From the NCBI GenBank assembly GCA_965214935.1, contig CBDCCS010000029.1:1-21155 (forward strand): a DNA stretch of 21,155 nt. The letters are read 5' to 3'. The position numbers and the translations under genes were made by a program. The stretch comes from Candidatus Velthaea sp. Lineage in GTDB: Bacteria; Vulcanimicrobiota; Vulcanimicrobiia; Vulcanimicrobiales; Vulcanimicrobiaceae. The notes beneath the pieces are model-generated. The model was not told the origin of the DNA, made no database searches, and saw only the letters and a list, made by a program, of their open reading frames with translations. This document shows, one piece after another, positions 1-9,969 of the stretch; the first letter of the stretch is position 1, and each line of letters begins with the position of its first letter.

Positions 1-4
1 TCAA

Positions 5-1287
5 TTATTGGAAGAGCCGTTCGACCGACTGTGCGTTGTTGTTGGACTGCAACAGCACCGAGGTGCCGACGAGATGAGAATCTGATCCGCGGTGTACTTC
101 GTGGTTTCAGCACTCACGTTCAGATCGCGAATGTTGGATTCCGACGCCTGGAGATTCGTCGCGGCGACGCTATCGTTGCTGGAGTCTTCCTGTAACCGCA
201 CGGTGACCGCACCCAGGTTCGCGCGCTCGGTCAGCAACGTGGTGAGTGCGTTATCGATCTGACCGATGGCATCTTGAGCACCAATCGAGTTACCCGTCGA
301 AGTGGTGACCAGCAAATTGATATTCGATATCCGCAACGTTGCGGCGTTCGTCGCTTGAAATGCCTAACTGGATGGTCGCGCCTTCGTCGGCACCCGACTG
401 GAAGCTTAGCGCCGGTCCGGCGGAACTCGACACGAGCGGAACGTTCTGCGACACCCTTGATATACGAGGTGATACCGACGTCGGCCGTCTGGAAGTTGCC
501 CGTGGTGATGACGACGTTGTCGAAAATGGTCGAGGCGGCGTTGGCGCTGAGCAAGGTTACAGCAACCGACGACCCGTTGTTGACCGTATCCGACGCAACG
601 AACGTTTCTTGAACGGCAATCGACGTTCCGGTATTGATGACTTGCAGTTCGATTGTACCGTCGACGGTGCCTGTACCCGTCGCACCGTTAACGCTAACGC
701 CCTGAGCGTGGCCGGTTGAGGTTTGAAAACTCGTGCCCGCTGCGACCGACGCCACCAACAGTCCCGAATTTGTATTCGTCGAAGCCGTGTAGCTACCCGA
801 CGCTAGCGAAGCGTTCGAGGTAATGCTCGTAAAGGCCGCAACGGCCGCCTGAAAGCCGGCATGGCTGCCGTTGAGCAACGACGATCCGTTGAAGTTCGTA
901 TTTTGCGAGATCGTGTTGACTTCTTGCAGCAATTGGGTGACTTCAGTCTGCAAGTTCGCCTTATCGGCCGTCGTGTTGGTATCCGAACTCGCTTCGACCG
1001 CAAGGCTGCGTATGCGCTGTAAAATATCCGTTGTCGTCTGAAGGGCACCGTCGGCTACGGCCGCGGCATTGGTTGCGTCTTGGACGTTGCTGACGGCTTG
1101 ATCGAAGCCGTTCACCTGAGACTGCAACTTCTCGGCGATTGCAAGCCCGGACGGGATCATCGGCCGCCGAGTTGATGCGTAAGCCACTCGACAGTTTGTT
1201 AACGGAGTTCCCTAGCGACTGCTGATTCTTGGTAAGGTTAAGCGCCACGGAGTTGGCCAACAAGTTATTGGCAAGACTGATCGACAT
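5..1287 (-). CDS. fliC: Flagellin, about 426 aa after correcting 4 apparent frameshifts (near 1154, 455, 359, 71)
   Basis: N-terminal KLSSGLRINSAADDP(S)GLAIAEKL...LQRIRSLAVEA...NTNFNG. C-terminal RANLGAVTVRL...NLQASESNIRDLNVSAE, then after a shift VGTSVLLQSNNNAQSVERLFQ with TAA at 7..5. GGAGG SD upstream of ATG 1287. Confidence 0.95.
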
Positions 1288-1357
1288 GTAGAGGAATCCT
1301 CCATGAAGGCAGCGCTCAGCGCCGCCGAATCCGAAGCCATCATAGCTCCTGTCGGAT

Positions 1358-1384
1358 GTATCGGCGGTTCATGGCAAAACTTAA
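1358..1384 (-). promoter_or_regulatory. Sigma28 (FliA/SigD)-type promoter of flagellin
   Basis: Minus strand reads TTAAGTTT-N11-GCCGATAC versus consensus TAAAGTTT-N11-GCCGATAA. The -35 box overlaps the csrA stop codon. Confidence 0.85.
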
Positions 1385-1659
1385 CGCTTCTTGCGAGGCG
1401 CCTTCTGGGGACTCAAGTTGACGGGGTGACCACCGGGCGAAGCGGTGAGCGGCACGCTGACCGGAATCGGCGCCGGTACACCGGCTGCTTCGCGGTTCGC
1501 CCGCTGGATCTCGTCGAACACTTCCGAACGATGCACCGGAATGTCGCGCGGCGCGTCGATCCCCAATTTGACCTGATCCCGATCGACCGAAACGACGACG
1601 ATGCGGACGTTGTCGCCGACCATGATCGCTTGGTTCAGCTTGCGGGACAGAACGAGCAT
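1381..1659 (-). CDS. csrA: Carbon storage regulator CsrA with Pro/Lys-rich C-terminal extension
   Basis: [23 protein letters not shown]...[27 protein letters not shown] is the CsrA signature; it lies between fliW and flagellin. Confidence 0.95.
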   Translation of the reverse strand: MLVLSRKLNQAIMVGDNVRIVVVSVDRDQVKLGIDAPRDIPVHRSEVFDEIQRANREAAGVPAPIPVSVPLTASPGGHPVNLSPQKAPRKKR

Positions 1660-1730
1660 TGCGCGCCCTCCGTGGCAAAATTAGACGTCGGTTCACGTGC
1701 CGAACCGAAACTACTTTGCCGTTCGCGCAG

Positions 1731-2236
1731 TTAGCCGGGAACTACCTCCTTTAGCGCATCGCCATGCGCCGGTACACGAGTTCGGACCGTGTAGAGTTGA
1801 TTTTCGAGCATGATCTGCCGGCCAACCCGCTTGTCGAGATTGATGATGACCGGTGCCAACAAGTTGATCGTTGTTTCGCTGCCGCCCGGACTTGCGACGA
1901 GCACGCACAGCACGCAAAAATCTTGCGCCGTTTCGATCTCTAGCGATTGTTTGGCATACTGTGGTAGCGGCGCTTCGTAATCGGCGAAGTGTAACCACGG
2001 ATCGCACATCGGGATGGCGATTTTGAGGTCATCCAAGCTTTGCAGCCAGATATAACCTTCAGCTTCGTCGACCGAGATCACCAAGAATCGGCGCAAGGCG
2101 GGAAAGCCCGGCAAGCCCCACGGAAAACGCACGACTTCCGATTCGCGATAGCTGCACTCGCCGAAGCGCGGCAACGTGACCGTCCGTAGGCGGAACCAAC
2201 AACGTATGTTCGTGTGTGTCGACGTAAAGTGTCCAC
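1731..2236 (-). CDS. fliW: Flagellar assembly factor FliW; 5' end apparently frameshifted, start uncertain
   Basis: RFG...FPWGLPGF...WLQS...DPW...TINLLAPVIIN...GRQIML motifs. AAGGAG SD (2250-2245) precedes GTG at 2236, which is out of frame with the gene body unless about 2 single-base insertions in the first ~60 nt are removed. Confidence 0.85.
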
Positions 2237-2320
2237 TAAAGCGGCTCCTTAGCTTTCCCTTGACCGCGTGGTCCGTCACAACAAAATAATCGCGCCGCCG
2301 CCGGCGCTCGTTGCGACTTC

Positions 2321-3665
2321 CTAGAGGTAGTCGAAGAGGTCTTTGGCTTCGAGTCGAGTGGTCGTGCTGTACGACGCCGTCAGCGCCGCCTGAGTGGCCG
2401 AAAACTCCGTCGATGTCTTCGCGACGTCCGTATCTTCGAATACCGCTCTGCACCCCGGTATCGTCCGCAACAGCGGTCGTCACTTGCGTGTTGATCTGCG
2501 CGAGTGCATTGATGTGCGATCCGACCGACTTGCCCGCGAATTGAGCACGACGTCGAGCGAGTGATCCATGTCGCCAAGTTGCGTCGAGATGGTTTGCGGC
2601 AGCGTCGCCGACCCGGCCAATCCGAAAGCTGTGGTAAAGTTCGAGGCGTGCGTTGCTCCCGCCGACGGCTCATCGGTCACGCTGAAGGCTCCGCCGCCCG
2701 CGTTCGTGAGAACGAGCCGCTGCGTCTGGGCGTTGAACGACGCGGTCAAACCCGTGCTGGCGGAATTGGCATTGATCTGCCCGGTCACGCTGGTCGCCGT
2801 TCCATCGTCGATTGCCGTGGCGCCGGTGAAGGTATAGACATTGATGTGCTGCCCGCCGGCGGCATCGGTGCTATTGATCGAAATCGAATAGCCGGGCGTC
2901 GTTCCGTTATCGGCAGCCGGCGGTTGTGATGAAGGGCGAGGGCGTTGTGCCCAGAGTCGTCGGAACCGGCGAGCCGGCACCGTAGATCACTTGGCCCGGA
3001 TGGTTGAGCGAGGCAGCGCTCTGGTCTGTTACCAAGCCGCTCGTGAGCGTGTCGCGCAGCGTGATGAGCGTCTGGAAAACCGAGGGCGAACCGTCGGTAG
3101 CGTTGAGGTTGAACGCCTGCTCCATCGTCGGCGCGAGCGCGAAGCTCTGGCCGTTGAACAGCATCGGCGTAGCGCTCTGTTCGTTGCCGCTAAAGTTGAC
3201 CGCCGAAACCGGTGATCCGGACGTCGTAATGGGGGCACTTGACGTTTGGACGCTGCCGGCAAACAAATACGAGCCGCCGTACTGCGTATTGGCAATCGCG
3301 ATGGTTTGCTGCAAATATTGATCGACTTGCGTGCCGATATCTTGACGTTCGGCCGGCGAGATCAGGTCGCTCGCGCCGCGCGTCGCGAGTTCGCGCGCGC
3401 TCTGCATCACCGACGTCAAATTCGCCAGCGCGCTATCGACCGAGGTGAGTTGCGATGTCGCTGCCTGGATGTTGGTGGTCTGCTGGGTTTCGACCTGAAT
3501 CGTCGTTCGCACATCGAGATCCGATGCGATTTGCGTCGGCGCATCCGATGGCGCATTGAGCGACTTTCCGGTAGAAAGATCTTGACCCGTTGCTTGATAC
3601 TGCGCCACGAGATTGTCGATCGCGCTGACCTGCTGCGTATAAATCGTTGACGTTGCGATGCGCAT
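2321..3665 (-). CDS. flgL: Hook-associated protein 3 FlgL, about 447 aa; 3 apparent frameshifts (near 2922, 2530, 2439)
   Basis: N-terminal MRIAT...LSTGKSLNAPSDAP...ANTQYGGSYLFAG. Reconstructed C-terminal VGSHINAL...SGIEDTDVAKTSTEFSATQAALTASYSTTTRLEAKDLFDYL with TAG at 2323..2321. Confidence 0.9.
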
Positions 3666-3684
3666 GGTGATTCTCCGGTTCTCT

Positions 3685-5857
3685 CTAGCCGCCGTTGATC
3701 AGACCCAGCGTGGTCTGCATGATGGAATTGAGCGTGCTCAGCGTCTTGGCTGCGGCACTGTAAGCGCTTTGAAATTTGAGCAGGTTTTGCGTCTCTTCGT
3801 CGATATTGATACCATCGACACTTTGACGCGCAAGATCAATACTTGACGACAGCGCGCTTTGCGAGGCAACCCCGGTGCTCGCCGTCTGCACGTCGAGTCC
3901 CATGTTCGCAACGAGGCTTTGGTAGTAACCGCCGAGCGTCTGTGAGGGCGTCGTCGTGATCGGGTCGCCGGCGTTGATGGTCGCCGAAGCATTGACCGTT
4001 ATCGTTCCCGTCGTGCGGTCGACCGCCGTCACGGCGACATTCTGCGTCGTATGTGTTGCCGCGTTGACGATGGTCAACACTTGGCCAACGTTAACGCTGG
4101 AAAATGGACCCGGCGAGCCGGCCGGCGGTGTTATTGTCACCGGTCCCGGCGCCGCGCCTGCCAGGCTCAGCGCGCTCGTTTGTAAGGCACCGACGCCGAC
4201 GTTGCGGCTGTACAGGGCCAGCATTGCGTTCGCCGCTCCGTTGTCCGAAGCGCCGTAGGCGTTGGCCGGCGTCTGCGCGACGCCGCTGATCTTCGCCGCT
4301 CCGAGCGCCTGCAGCAAATATGCGGGCGCCGCACCCTGCGTCAGCGTCGGCGTGAGGCTCGTGAGCGGGGTCGCGACACCGCCGATGAGCGTCGAATCGG
4401 AAATCGTAAAGTCGGCGGTCGTCGCGCTCGCGCCTTGCATGCCGCGATGCACGGCGTCGGTATTGTTCGGATCGCGGGCAAACGCGATACGCTGCGTCGT
4501 CGCATCGTAACTTGCCGTTACGCCGAAGTGCCCGGCATTGAAATTTGTCGTGAAGTCGGCGATCGTATCGGCATTCCCGCCGGCGCCGGTGTTATAGTTA
4601 AATGTTTGGCTGGTGCCGTCGACCGCCACGGTCAACGTACCGGTGAGCGCACCGGCAGGCGGATTATACAGTGTCGCATTGCCGTCGATCGGGACCGTCG
4701 TCGACACGGTGTTGTTGGCCGAATTCATCGATTGCGTTAGATTGCCGGCCGCCGTGGAGATCAGCCCGAGCGGCAGCTGGGCCGGGTCGGTGATACCGAC
4801 CGCGATCGTAGCGGCGTTGATCGGGCCCGCGCCGGCGGCAGTTTTTAAACAGCGCCGTACCGGCGTTGCTATCGAGATCGACACCCGCTTGGGTGACCCG
4901 ATTCATTTCGTTTGCGGCCGCGGCGGCAAAATTGTCGAGCTGCGTGCCGTATGGTGCAAGTTTGTTATTATAGAGGTCGGTATAGGCACCCAGCTGTCCG
5001 CCCGAAAGCGGAATGGGCGTCGGATTACTGGGGTTCGGGTCGCCGGCGAAGCCGACCATCAAGGTCGAGACGCCATTGGCCGCGGTTCCCACGACCGGCG
5101 CCCCGAGGTGATACGCAACCGTATCGCTCACCAGCGGCCGCCCGTCGACGCTCACCAGTGACGAGCCGTTCGGCTGCAGCGACGTCGTGACGGGTAGAAT
5201 TTGCGACAACTGATCGATCGCATAATCGCGTTGATCGAGGTACGTATTGGGGTTGTCGCCGGTCGCGGTGAGTGCGCGAATTTGCCCGTTGAGCGTCGCG
5301 ATGCTATCGATAAGCGTATTTGCACCGGTCACGGCGCTCGCTGCTTGCTGCTTGGCACTTGCTTCTTGATCGGTAATGGCTTGGCCGGCCGAATTGACGG
5401 CCGTCGCAAACGTTTGCGCTTGCAGCAACACGGTCTGCCGAACCGCTAATGACGTTGGCGACGCGGCGACGTTCGAGACCGCCGTTTGCAACGCGGCGTA
5501 GGCCGTGTTGATACCGTTGCTCGGCTCACCGAAGCTGCTCTGCAGATTCGTCAGCTGCTGCTGCTCCGAGGTGTAAAAAGACTGCGAGGAAGTCGCACCG
5601 CGATATAAGCCGTCGTAGCTGTCCTGATGAATGCGCGTAATCTGACTGACGGTCGCGCCTTCGCCCTGGGTGCCCGGATCGCCGGCGTGCGCGCTGTAGA
5701 ACGGCGAGCCGGAGATCGGTGTCGCTTCGGTGACCACCGCCGCTTGACGCGACGCTCCCGGCGTACTGACGTTCGCGATGTTATCGGCCGTGACGGTCGT
5801 CGCTTCTTGATAGGCGTCGAGTGCGTTACCGATCAGGTTGAACGAGAAGAAACTCAT
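3685..5857 (-). CDS. flgK: Hook-associated protein 1 FlgK, about 723 aa; one apparent +1 frameshift at the A5 run 4842-4846
   Basis: N-terminal NIANVSTPGASRQ and LDQRDYAIDQLS. C-terminal RQSVDGINIDEETQNLLKFQSAYSAAAK. The two ORFs join at ALFK|TAAGAG. Confidence 0.93.
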
Positions 5858-6336
5858 GCTCTACGACTCACGATCAAGCTTGCGTTAGGGGAGACAACCG
5901 TGCCCCGCCGGCGATACATCCCGGTTTGCTCCGACAGCGTCCGCTGCATGACCGTGATGGTATTGGCGATCCGCTTGAGGCCGGCGGTGATGAGCGACCG
6001 GTTATTGGCAACGGTGATTTGGAGCGCGATGCCGCGCGTGCGCAACTCGCGAAAAGAAGTAAACACCGAGCGCCGCAATGCCGGCGGTGCATGGCTGCAA
6101 ACCTGGCGCAGGCTCAAATCGCCGAAGCCGCGTTGCATCATGACGGCTCGCCGGGCATGCGCTTGCGCGTGACGGATGCGCCGCACGTCGACCGTCCGGT
6201 CGGCGGCCTCGATCTCGGCTGCCGTGCCCAGCACCAAGACGCCCGTCATCGCCAGGGCCGCCGCGCCCAGTTCGCCCAGAGACTCATTTTCTTCGGCTAA
6301 GGCGTCGGCAAAAGCTTGCCACGAACCGCCGCTCAC
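5854..6336 (-). CDS. flgN: FlgN-like flagellar export chaperone, 160 aa
   Basis: GTG start overlaps the flgJ stop (GTGA) and the stop overlaps the flgK ATG. Helical protein with N-x2-LI and C-terminal Y-x3-G, directly upstream of flgK. Confidence 0.7.
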   Translation of the reverse strand: MSGGSWQAFADALAEENESLGELGAAALAMTGVLVLGTAAEIEAADRTVDVRRIRHAQAHARRAVMMQRGFGDLSLRQVCSHAPPALRRSVFTSFRELRTRGIALQITVANNRSLITAGLKRIANTITVMQRTLSEQTGMYRRRGTVVSPNASLIVSRRA

Positions 6337-6725
6337 AACGCGCCCTGGGGCGCAAGCCGCGCGCGCGCCGCCTGCGCCGGGTTTGCCAAGACCGAGTCTT
6401 TGAGTTGATCCTCGAGAATCTTGGCGATCCCGAACGCGCCGGTTTGCGAGATCGCATTGGAGCGCTGCTGATCGAGCATTTCGGTAAACGTCGTTTCGGC
6501 CGGCGAAAGCTTCTCGCCCGTGATCGAGGTCTGCGGCGATGCCGCCCGCATCGATTTGAACAGCATGTTCACGAACACCGACTCGAATTGCTGCGCTGCG
6601 GTATGCAGATGTTTGAGTGCCGTCCGTTGCTGATCGGTCAATTGCGGTTTTGCGACCGGACCGGCTGTGACGGCGGGGCCGGCGCCAACCGGAGCCGCGG
6701 CCGAGTGTATGCCTTCGATGCTCAT
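6333..6725 (-). CDS. flgJ: FlgJ rod-binding domain protein without muramidase domain
   Basis: LHTAAQQFESVFVNMLFKSMR...FTEMLDQQ...GIAKILEDQL; follows flgI. Confidence 0.88.
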   Translation of the reverse strand: MSIEGIHSAAAPVGAGPAVTAGPVAKPQLTDQQRTALKHLHTAAQQFESVFVNMLFKSMRAASPQTSITGEKLSPAETTFTEMLDQQRSNAISQTGAFGIAKILEDQLKDSVLANPAQAARARLAPQGAL

Positions 6726-7846
6726 TACATGATATCCAAATCGGCTTGCAGGGAACCCGATTCGCGCAGCGCCTGCACGATCGAGATAAGGTCGCGCGGC
6801 GATACGCCGATCGTGTTGAGCGACCGTACGACTTGCGCCAGTGACGGCGCCCCATTGATGTAGATGAGTTTGCGGCCGCTCTCGGTGGCTTTGATGGTGG
6901 TGTTCGACTGGGTCTGCGATGCGGCATTGGTAAACGAGCCGGGCGGAACGACGACGTTGTTTTGCGTAATGGTCAAGGTGAGGTTGCCGTGCGCGAGCGC
7001 GACGGGCGCCAGCGTGATGTCGCCGCCGAACACGATCGTCCCGGTTCGTTCGTTGATCACGACTTTGGCGTTTTGATTGGCCGTCAGCGGCAAATCGCCG
7101 GCGTCGGCGAGAAACGACACCGGATCGTTCGTGTAGTGTGCCGGCAGATTGACCCGCACGGTCTCGGCATCGAGTGCGCGCGCGGTACCGGAGCCGAAGC
7201 GGCCGTTGAGTGCGAGCGCGGCCTGAGCCGCCGTTTTATAATCGGGCGTCGTCAACACGTAGGAAAAACCGGTCGCATCCTGTTGAATGCTCGTCGCCAT
7301 ATCGCGCGCAATGATGCCGCCTTGCGGAACGCGCCCGGCGGCCGTATGATTCTTCGTGACGCTATTGCCGTCTTGACCGGACGAAAAGCCGCCGACGGAG
7401 ATCGAACCTTGCGCCGTCGCATACACCAGGTTGTTGGCCCCGCGCAACTCGGTCAACACCAGCGTGCCGCCCTGCAGACTCGTGGCATCGCCCAGCGACG
7501 ACGCGGTAACGTCGATGTTGTCGCCCGAATGGGCGAACGGTCCGAGCGACGCGGTCACGATGACGGCCGCAACGTTTTTGCTTTTTACGTCATTGGAGAG
7601 CGTCGATAAACCGAACGTCTGCAACAGATTTTGCATCGTCTTGTTGGTAAAGTTCGACGAGTCGCCCGTGCCGGCAAGACCGGTGACCAAGCCGTACCCG
7701 ATGAGTTGGTTGGCGGTTACTCCTTGAACGTGCGCGACGTCTTTGAGATGGACCACCTGCGCTTGGGCGATATTGCCGGCGGTCGCGAAGAGCACCGCGG
7801 CGGCGAGGACGCGCAGACGGCCGGCGGCGTTGTGTGCCCGGGCCAT
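6725..7846 (-). CDS. flgI: Flagellar P-ring protein FlgI
   Basis: NQLIGYGLVTGLAGTGD, KNVAAVIVTA, GDATSLQGGTL, KVVINERTGTIV, PRDLISIVQAL; N-terminal signal peptide. Confidence 0.96.
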   Translation of the reverse strand: MARAHNAAGRLRVLAAAVLFATAGNIAQAQVVHLKDVAHVQGVTANQLIGYGLVTGLAGTGDSSNFTNKTMQNLLQTFGLSTLSNDVKSKNVAAVIVTASLGPFAHSGDNIDVTASSLGDATSLQGGTLVLTELRGANNLVYATAQGSISVGGFSSGQDGNSVTKNHTAAGRVPQGGIIARDMATSIQQDATGFSYVLTTPDYKTAAQAALALNGRFGSGTARALDAETVRVNLPAHYTNDPVSFLADAGDLPLTANQNAKVVINERTGTIVFGGDITLAPVALAHGNLTLTITQNNVVVPPGSFTNAASQTQSNTTIKATESGRKLIYINGAPSLAQVVRSLNTIGVSPRDLISIVQALRESGSLQADLDIM

Positions 7847-8442
7847 CAGAACAGCACGTCCAAGATTTTGCGCACGATGCCTTTATGCTCTTTGGTCTGA
7901 TCGCCGGCATAATCGGCGTGCACGTTGGCTAAGCGCGTCGATGAAATCGTATCGGTATTATCGATATCTTCGGGCCGGGCGAAACCCACGACGTGCAGTT
8001 TTTGCGATTCGCCGTTGACGATCACGTTTTGATCGCCCTCGATCTGCAGTGCGCCGGACGGCAAGACGTTCGTGACCGTCGCCATCATGGCTGACGTGAA
8101 CGCCGACGTATCGGACTTTGAATCCGAAGCATTCGATCCGGTCGAGCCGGTCAAGTTCGCTCCGATCCGCACGAACGGCAGATTGAAAAGACCGCTGCCG
8201 GCGCCTTGACCGACTTTATAGCCTTTGGCCGTCGATGAGGCGTAAGCGCGCTGCGTGGTGGTCGAAAAATTGAATTGCACGGCGACCAGATCGCCGATCT
8301 GCGATGCTTTGCGGTCGGATGTCAAGCGTAAGGGGTGCCCGGGCGCGACGGGCGGCGGTGCTGCCACATACAAGGTATCGGCACGTACGGGCAATGCCGG
8401 AGCAAGGCAAGCCGCCGCGACGAGGGCCCAAACGCACTTCAT
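7846..8442 (-). CDS. flgH: Flagellar L-ring protein FlgH
   Basis: DRKASQIGDLV, VTNVLPSGALQIEG, GFARPEDIDNTDTISSTRLAN; lies between flgA and flgI. Confidence 0.92.
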   Translation of the reverse strand: MKCVWALVAAACLAPALPVRADTLYVAAPPPVAPGHPLRLTSDRKASQIGDLVAVQFNFSTTTQRAYASSTAKGYKVGQGAGSGLFNLPFVRIGANLTGSTGSNASDSKSDTSAFTSAMMATVTNVLPSGALQIEGDQNVIVNGESQKLHVVGFARPEDIDNTDTISSTRLANVHADYAGDQTKEHKGIVRKILDVLF

Positions 8443-9170
8443 GAATCTGCTCCCGGCAAGGTGAGCTCGACGGTGTTCGGTCCGGTAACGACCCCCGACA
8501 ACGCCCGTTGCGTTTGCGGATTGAAGATCGTGACGTACTCACCGACGCCGCCGCTGGTTCGGGCGATGACGTCGGCCGCGATGCGTACCGCGCCGTCGTG
8601 AACGATCAAGACCGCCGGCATTCCAGCCCGAACGATTTGATTGACCACGGTTAGCTCGGGATACACCACTTCGCCGCGCGCGATGATCGAGCGCACTTTA
8701 CGACCGACGAACGTTTCGATCGCCAGTCCGGGCCGGCCGCTGTAGGGCATCCGGACGTAGGTCAGATCGTCGGCCACGAGCACGCCGTCGGCCGCCAAAT
8801 CGTGGGCAGCCACCGGCATTTGCACGTATGTTGTGATGCGAAAACCGGCAAACACCGTGCGCTCGACGTGGCCGTCGATGTGGATTTCGATCGGCACGCT
8901 GATATAGGTCGAGTTACATTGCGGCGTGCCGGCCGCAATCGCAACGGCGCCGAGCGGCACGCGCACGTCGCCGATCTGCGCCGCGGTGGCCAGCGCGCGG
9001 CTTGGATCGGTTACCTTGGACCGCGCGACGCGTTCGGCCAGCGCCGTAATTTGCGCCGCCGGTATCACCTGCGAGCCGGCCTCGGGCCCGGCGATCCGCG
9101 CGAACGCGGCTGCCGGTACCAGGCCCAGCACGAGCGCGACGAGCCCGGCAGCGCTACGAGCCATCATCAC
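8439..9170 (-). CDS. flgA: P-ring assembly chaperone FlgA
   Basis: Signal peptide, SAF-like region, C-terminal IVRAG...GGVGEYVTIFNPQTQRALSGVVTGPNTVE; position between flgG and flgH. Confidence 0.85.
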   Translation of the reverse strand: MMMARSAAGLVALVLGLVPAAAFARIAGPEAGSQVIPAAQITALAERVARSKVTDPSRALATAAQIGDVRVPLGAVAIAAGTPQCNSTYISVPIEIHIDGHVERTVFAGFRITTYVQMPVAAHDLAADGVLVADDLTYVRMPYSGRPGLAIETFVGRKVRSIIARGEVVYPELTVVNQIVRAGMPAVLIVHDGAVRIAADVIARTSGGVGEYVTIFNPQTQRALSGVVTGPNTVELTLPGADS

Positions 9171-9955
9171 GGTGACTTCGTATTAACCGCGGTTTGCAGC
9201 ATTTGGTCGGCCGTCGTTACGGCTTTGGAGTTCGCCTCGAATGCGCGTTGCGCGGTGATCATCGCGACCATCTGATCGACGATCGAGACGTTGCTGTTTT
9301 CGACGTAGCCGCCTTGTAAGGTTCCCGCGCCGTTGATGCCGGGTTGCGACACGATCGGCGAGCCCGATGCACCGGTTTGCGAGAACAAATTTTGGCCGAC
9401 CGGCGCTAAACCCGCCGCGTTGGTAAAGCGGGCGATCTGAACTTGGCCGAGCTGCTGCGGCGCCGACTGGCCGGGTAAGAGCGCGGTTACCGCGCCGTCC
9501 GCGCCGACCCCGACTTGCAGCGCGCTCTGCGGGATCGTTATTTGAGGATTGAGAAAATAGCCGTCGGCGGTCACGACCGAGCCGTTACTGTCGCGTTTGA
9601 ACGAACCGTCGCGAGTATAAGCGATCGTTCCGTCGGGCTTAGTGACTTGAAAGAATCCGTCGCCCTGGATGGCGACGTCGAGCGGGTTGTTCGTCTGTTG
9701 AATGGTGCCTTGGGTAAAGATCTTTTCCGATGAAGCGACCTTTACTCCCAAGCCCACTTCTTGTGCCACCGGCACGACGGATGAACCAACCGGCGTTCCG
9801 GGCGCGCGTAACTGCTGATAGATAAGATCTTGGAAGCGCGCCTGGTTGCCGCGAAATCCGGCGGTGTTGACGTTGGCGATGTTGTTGGAGATGGTATCGA
9901 TATTGAACTGCTGCGCGGCCATGCCGGCCGCGGCAGTATACAGTGCTCGCATCAT
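9167..9955 (-). CDS. flgG: Distal rod protein FlgG
   Basis: MRALYTAAAGMAAQQFNIDTISNNIANVNT, FQDLIYQ, YTRDGSF, ENSNVSIVDQMVAMITAQRAFEANSK; 262 aa. Confidence 0.95.
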   Translation of the reverse strand: MMRALYTAAAGMAAQQFNIDTISNNIANVNTAGFRGNQARFQDLIYQQLRAPGTPVGSSVVPVAQEVGLGVKVASSEKIFTQGTIQQTNNPLDVAIQGDGFFQVTKPDGTIAYTRDGSFKRDSNGSVVTADGYFLNPQITIPQSALQVGVGADGAVTALLPGQSAPQQLGQVQIARFTNAAGLAPVGQNLFSQTGASGSPIVSQPGINGAGTLQGGYVENSNVSIVDQMVAMITAQRAFEANSKAVTTADQMLQTAVNTKSP

Positions 9956-9969
9956 GGTGCGGCGTCTCC

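Noticed and set aside
1660..1730. c-di-GMP-I riboswitch suggested by GGCAAA upstream of csrA
   Set aside because: No GNRA tetraloop/receptor two-stem layout; GGCAAA simply pairs with the downstream TTTGCC.
2281..2307. GCGCCG/CGGCGC hairpin followed by ATTATTTTGTT after flgL as a terminator
   Set aside because: Short stem in GC-rich DNA with an offset, interrupted U tract; plausible but not supportable.
1731..2483. 250-aa ORF as a FlgL-FliW fusion
   Set aside because: It is made of a frameshifted flgL tail read through the spacer; flgL has its own stop at 2321 and fliW its own SD.
4840..4850. TTTAAAAAC at the flgK break as a programmed ribosomal frameshift site
   Set aside because: Restoring FlgK needs a +1 shift, not the -1 such heptamers promote, and many similar indels nearby point to sequence error.
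6337..6927. Long N-terminal extension of the flgN ORF (357 aa)
   Set aside because: It overlaps flgJ and flgI in another frame; the coupled GTG at 6336 is the better start.
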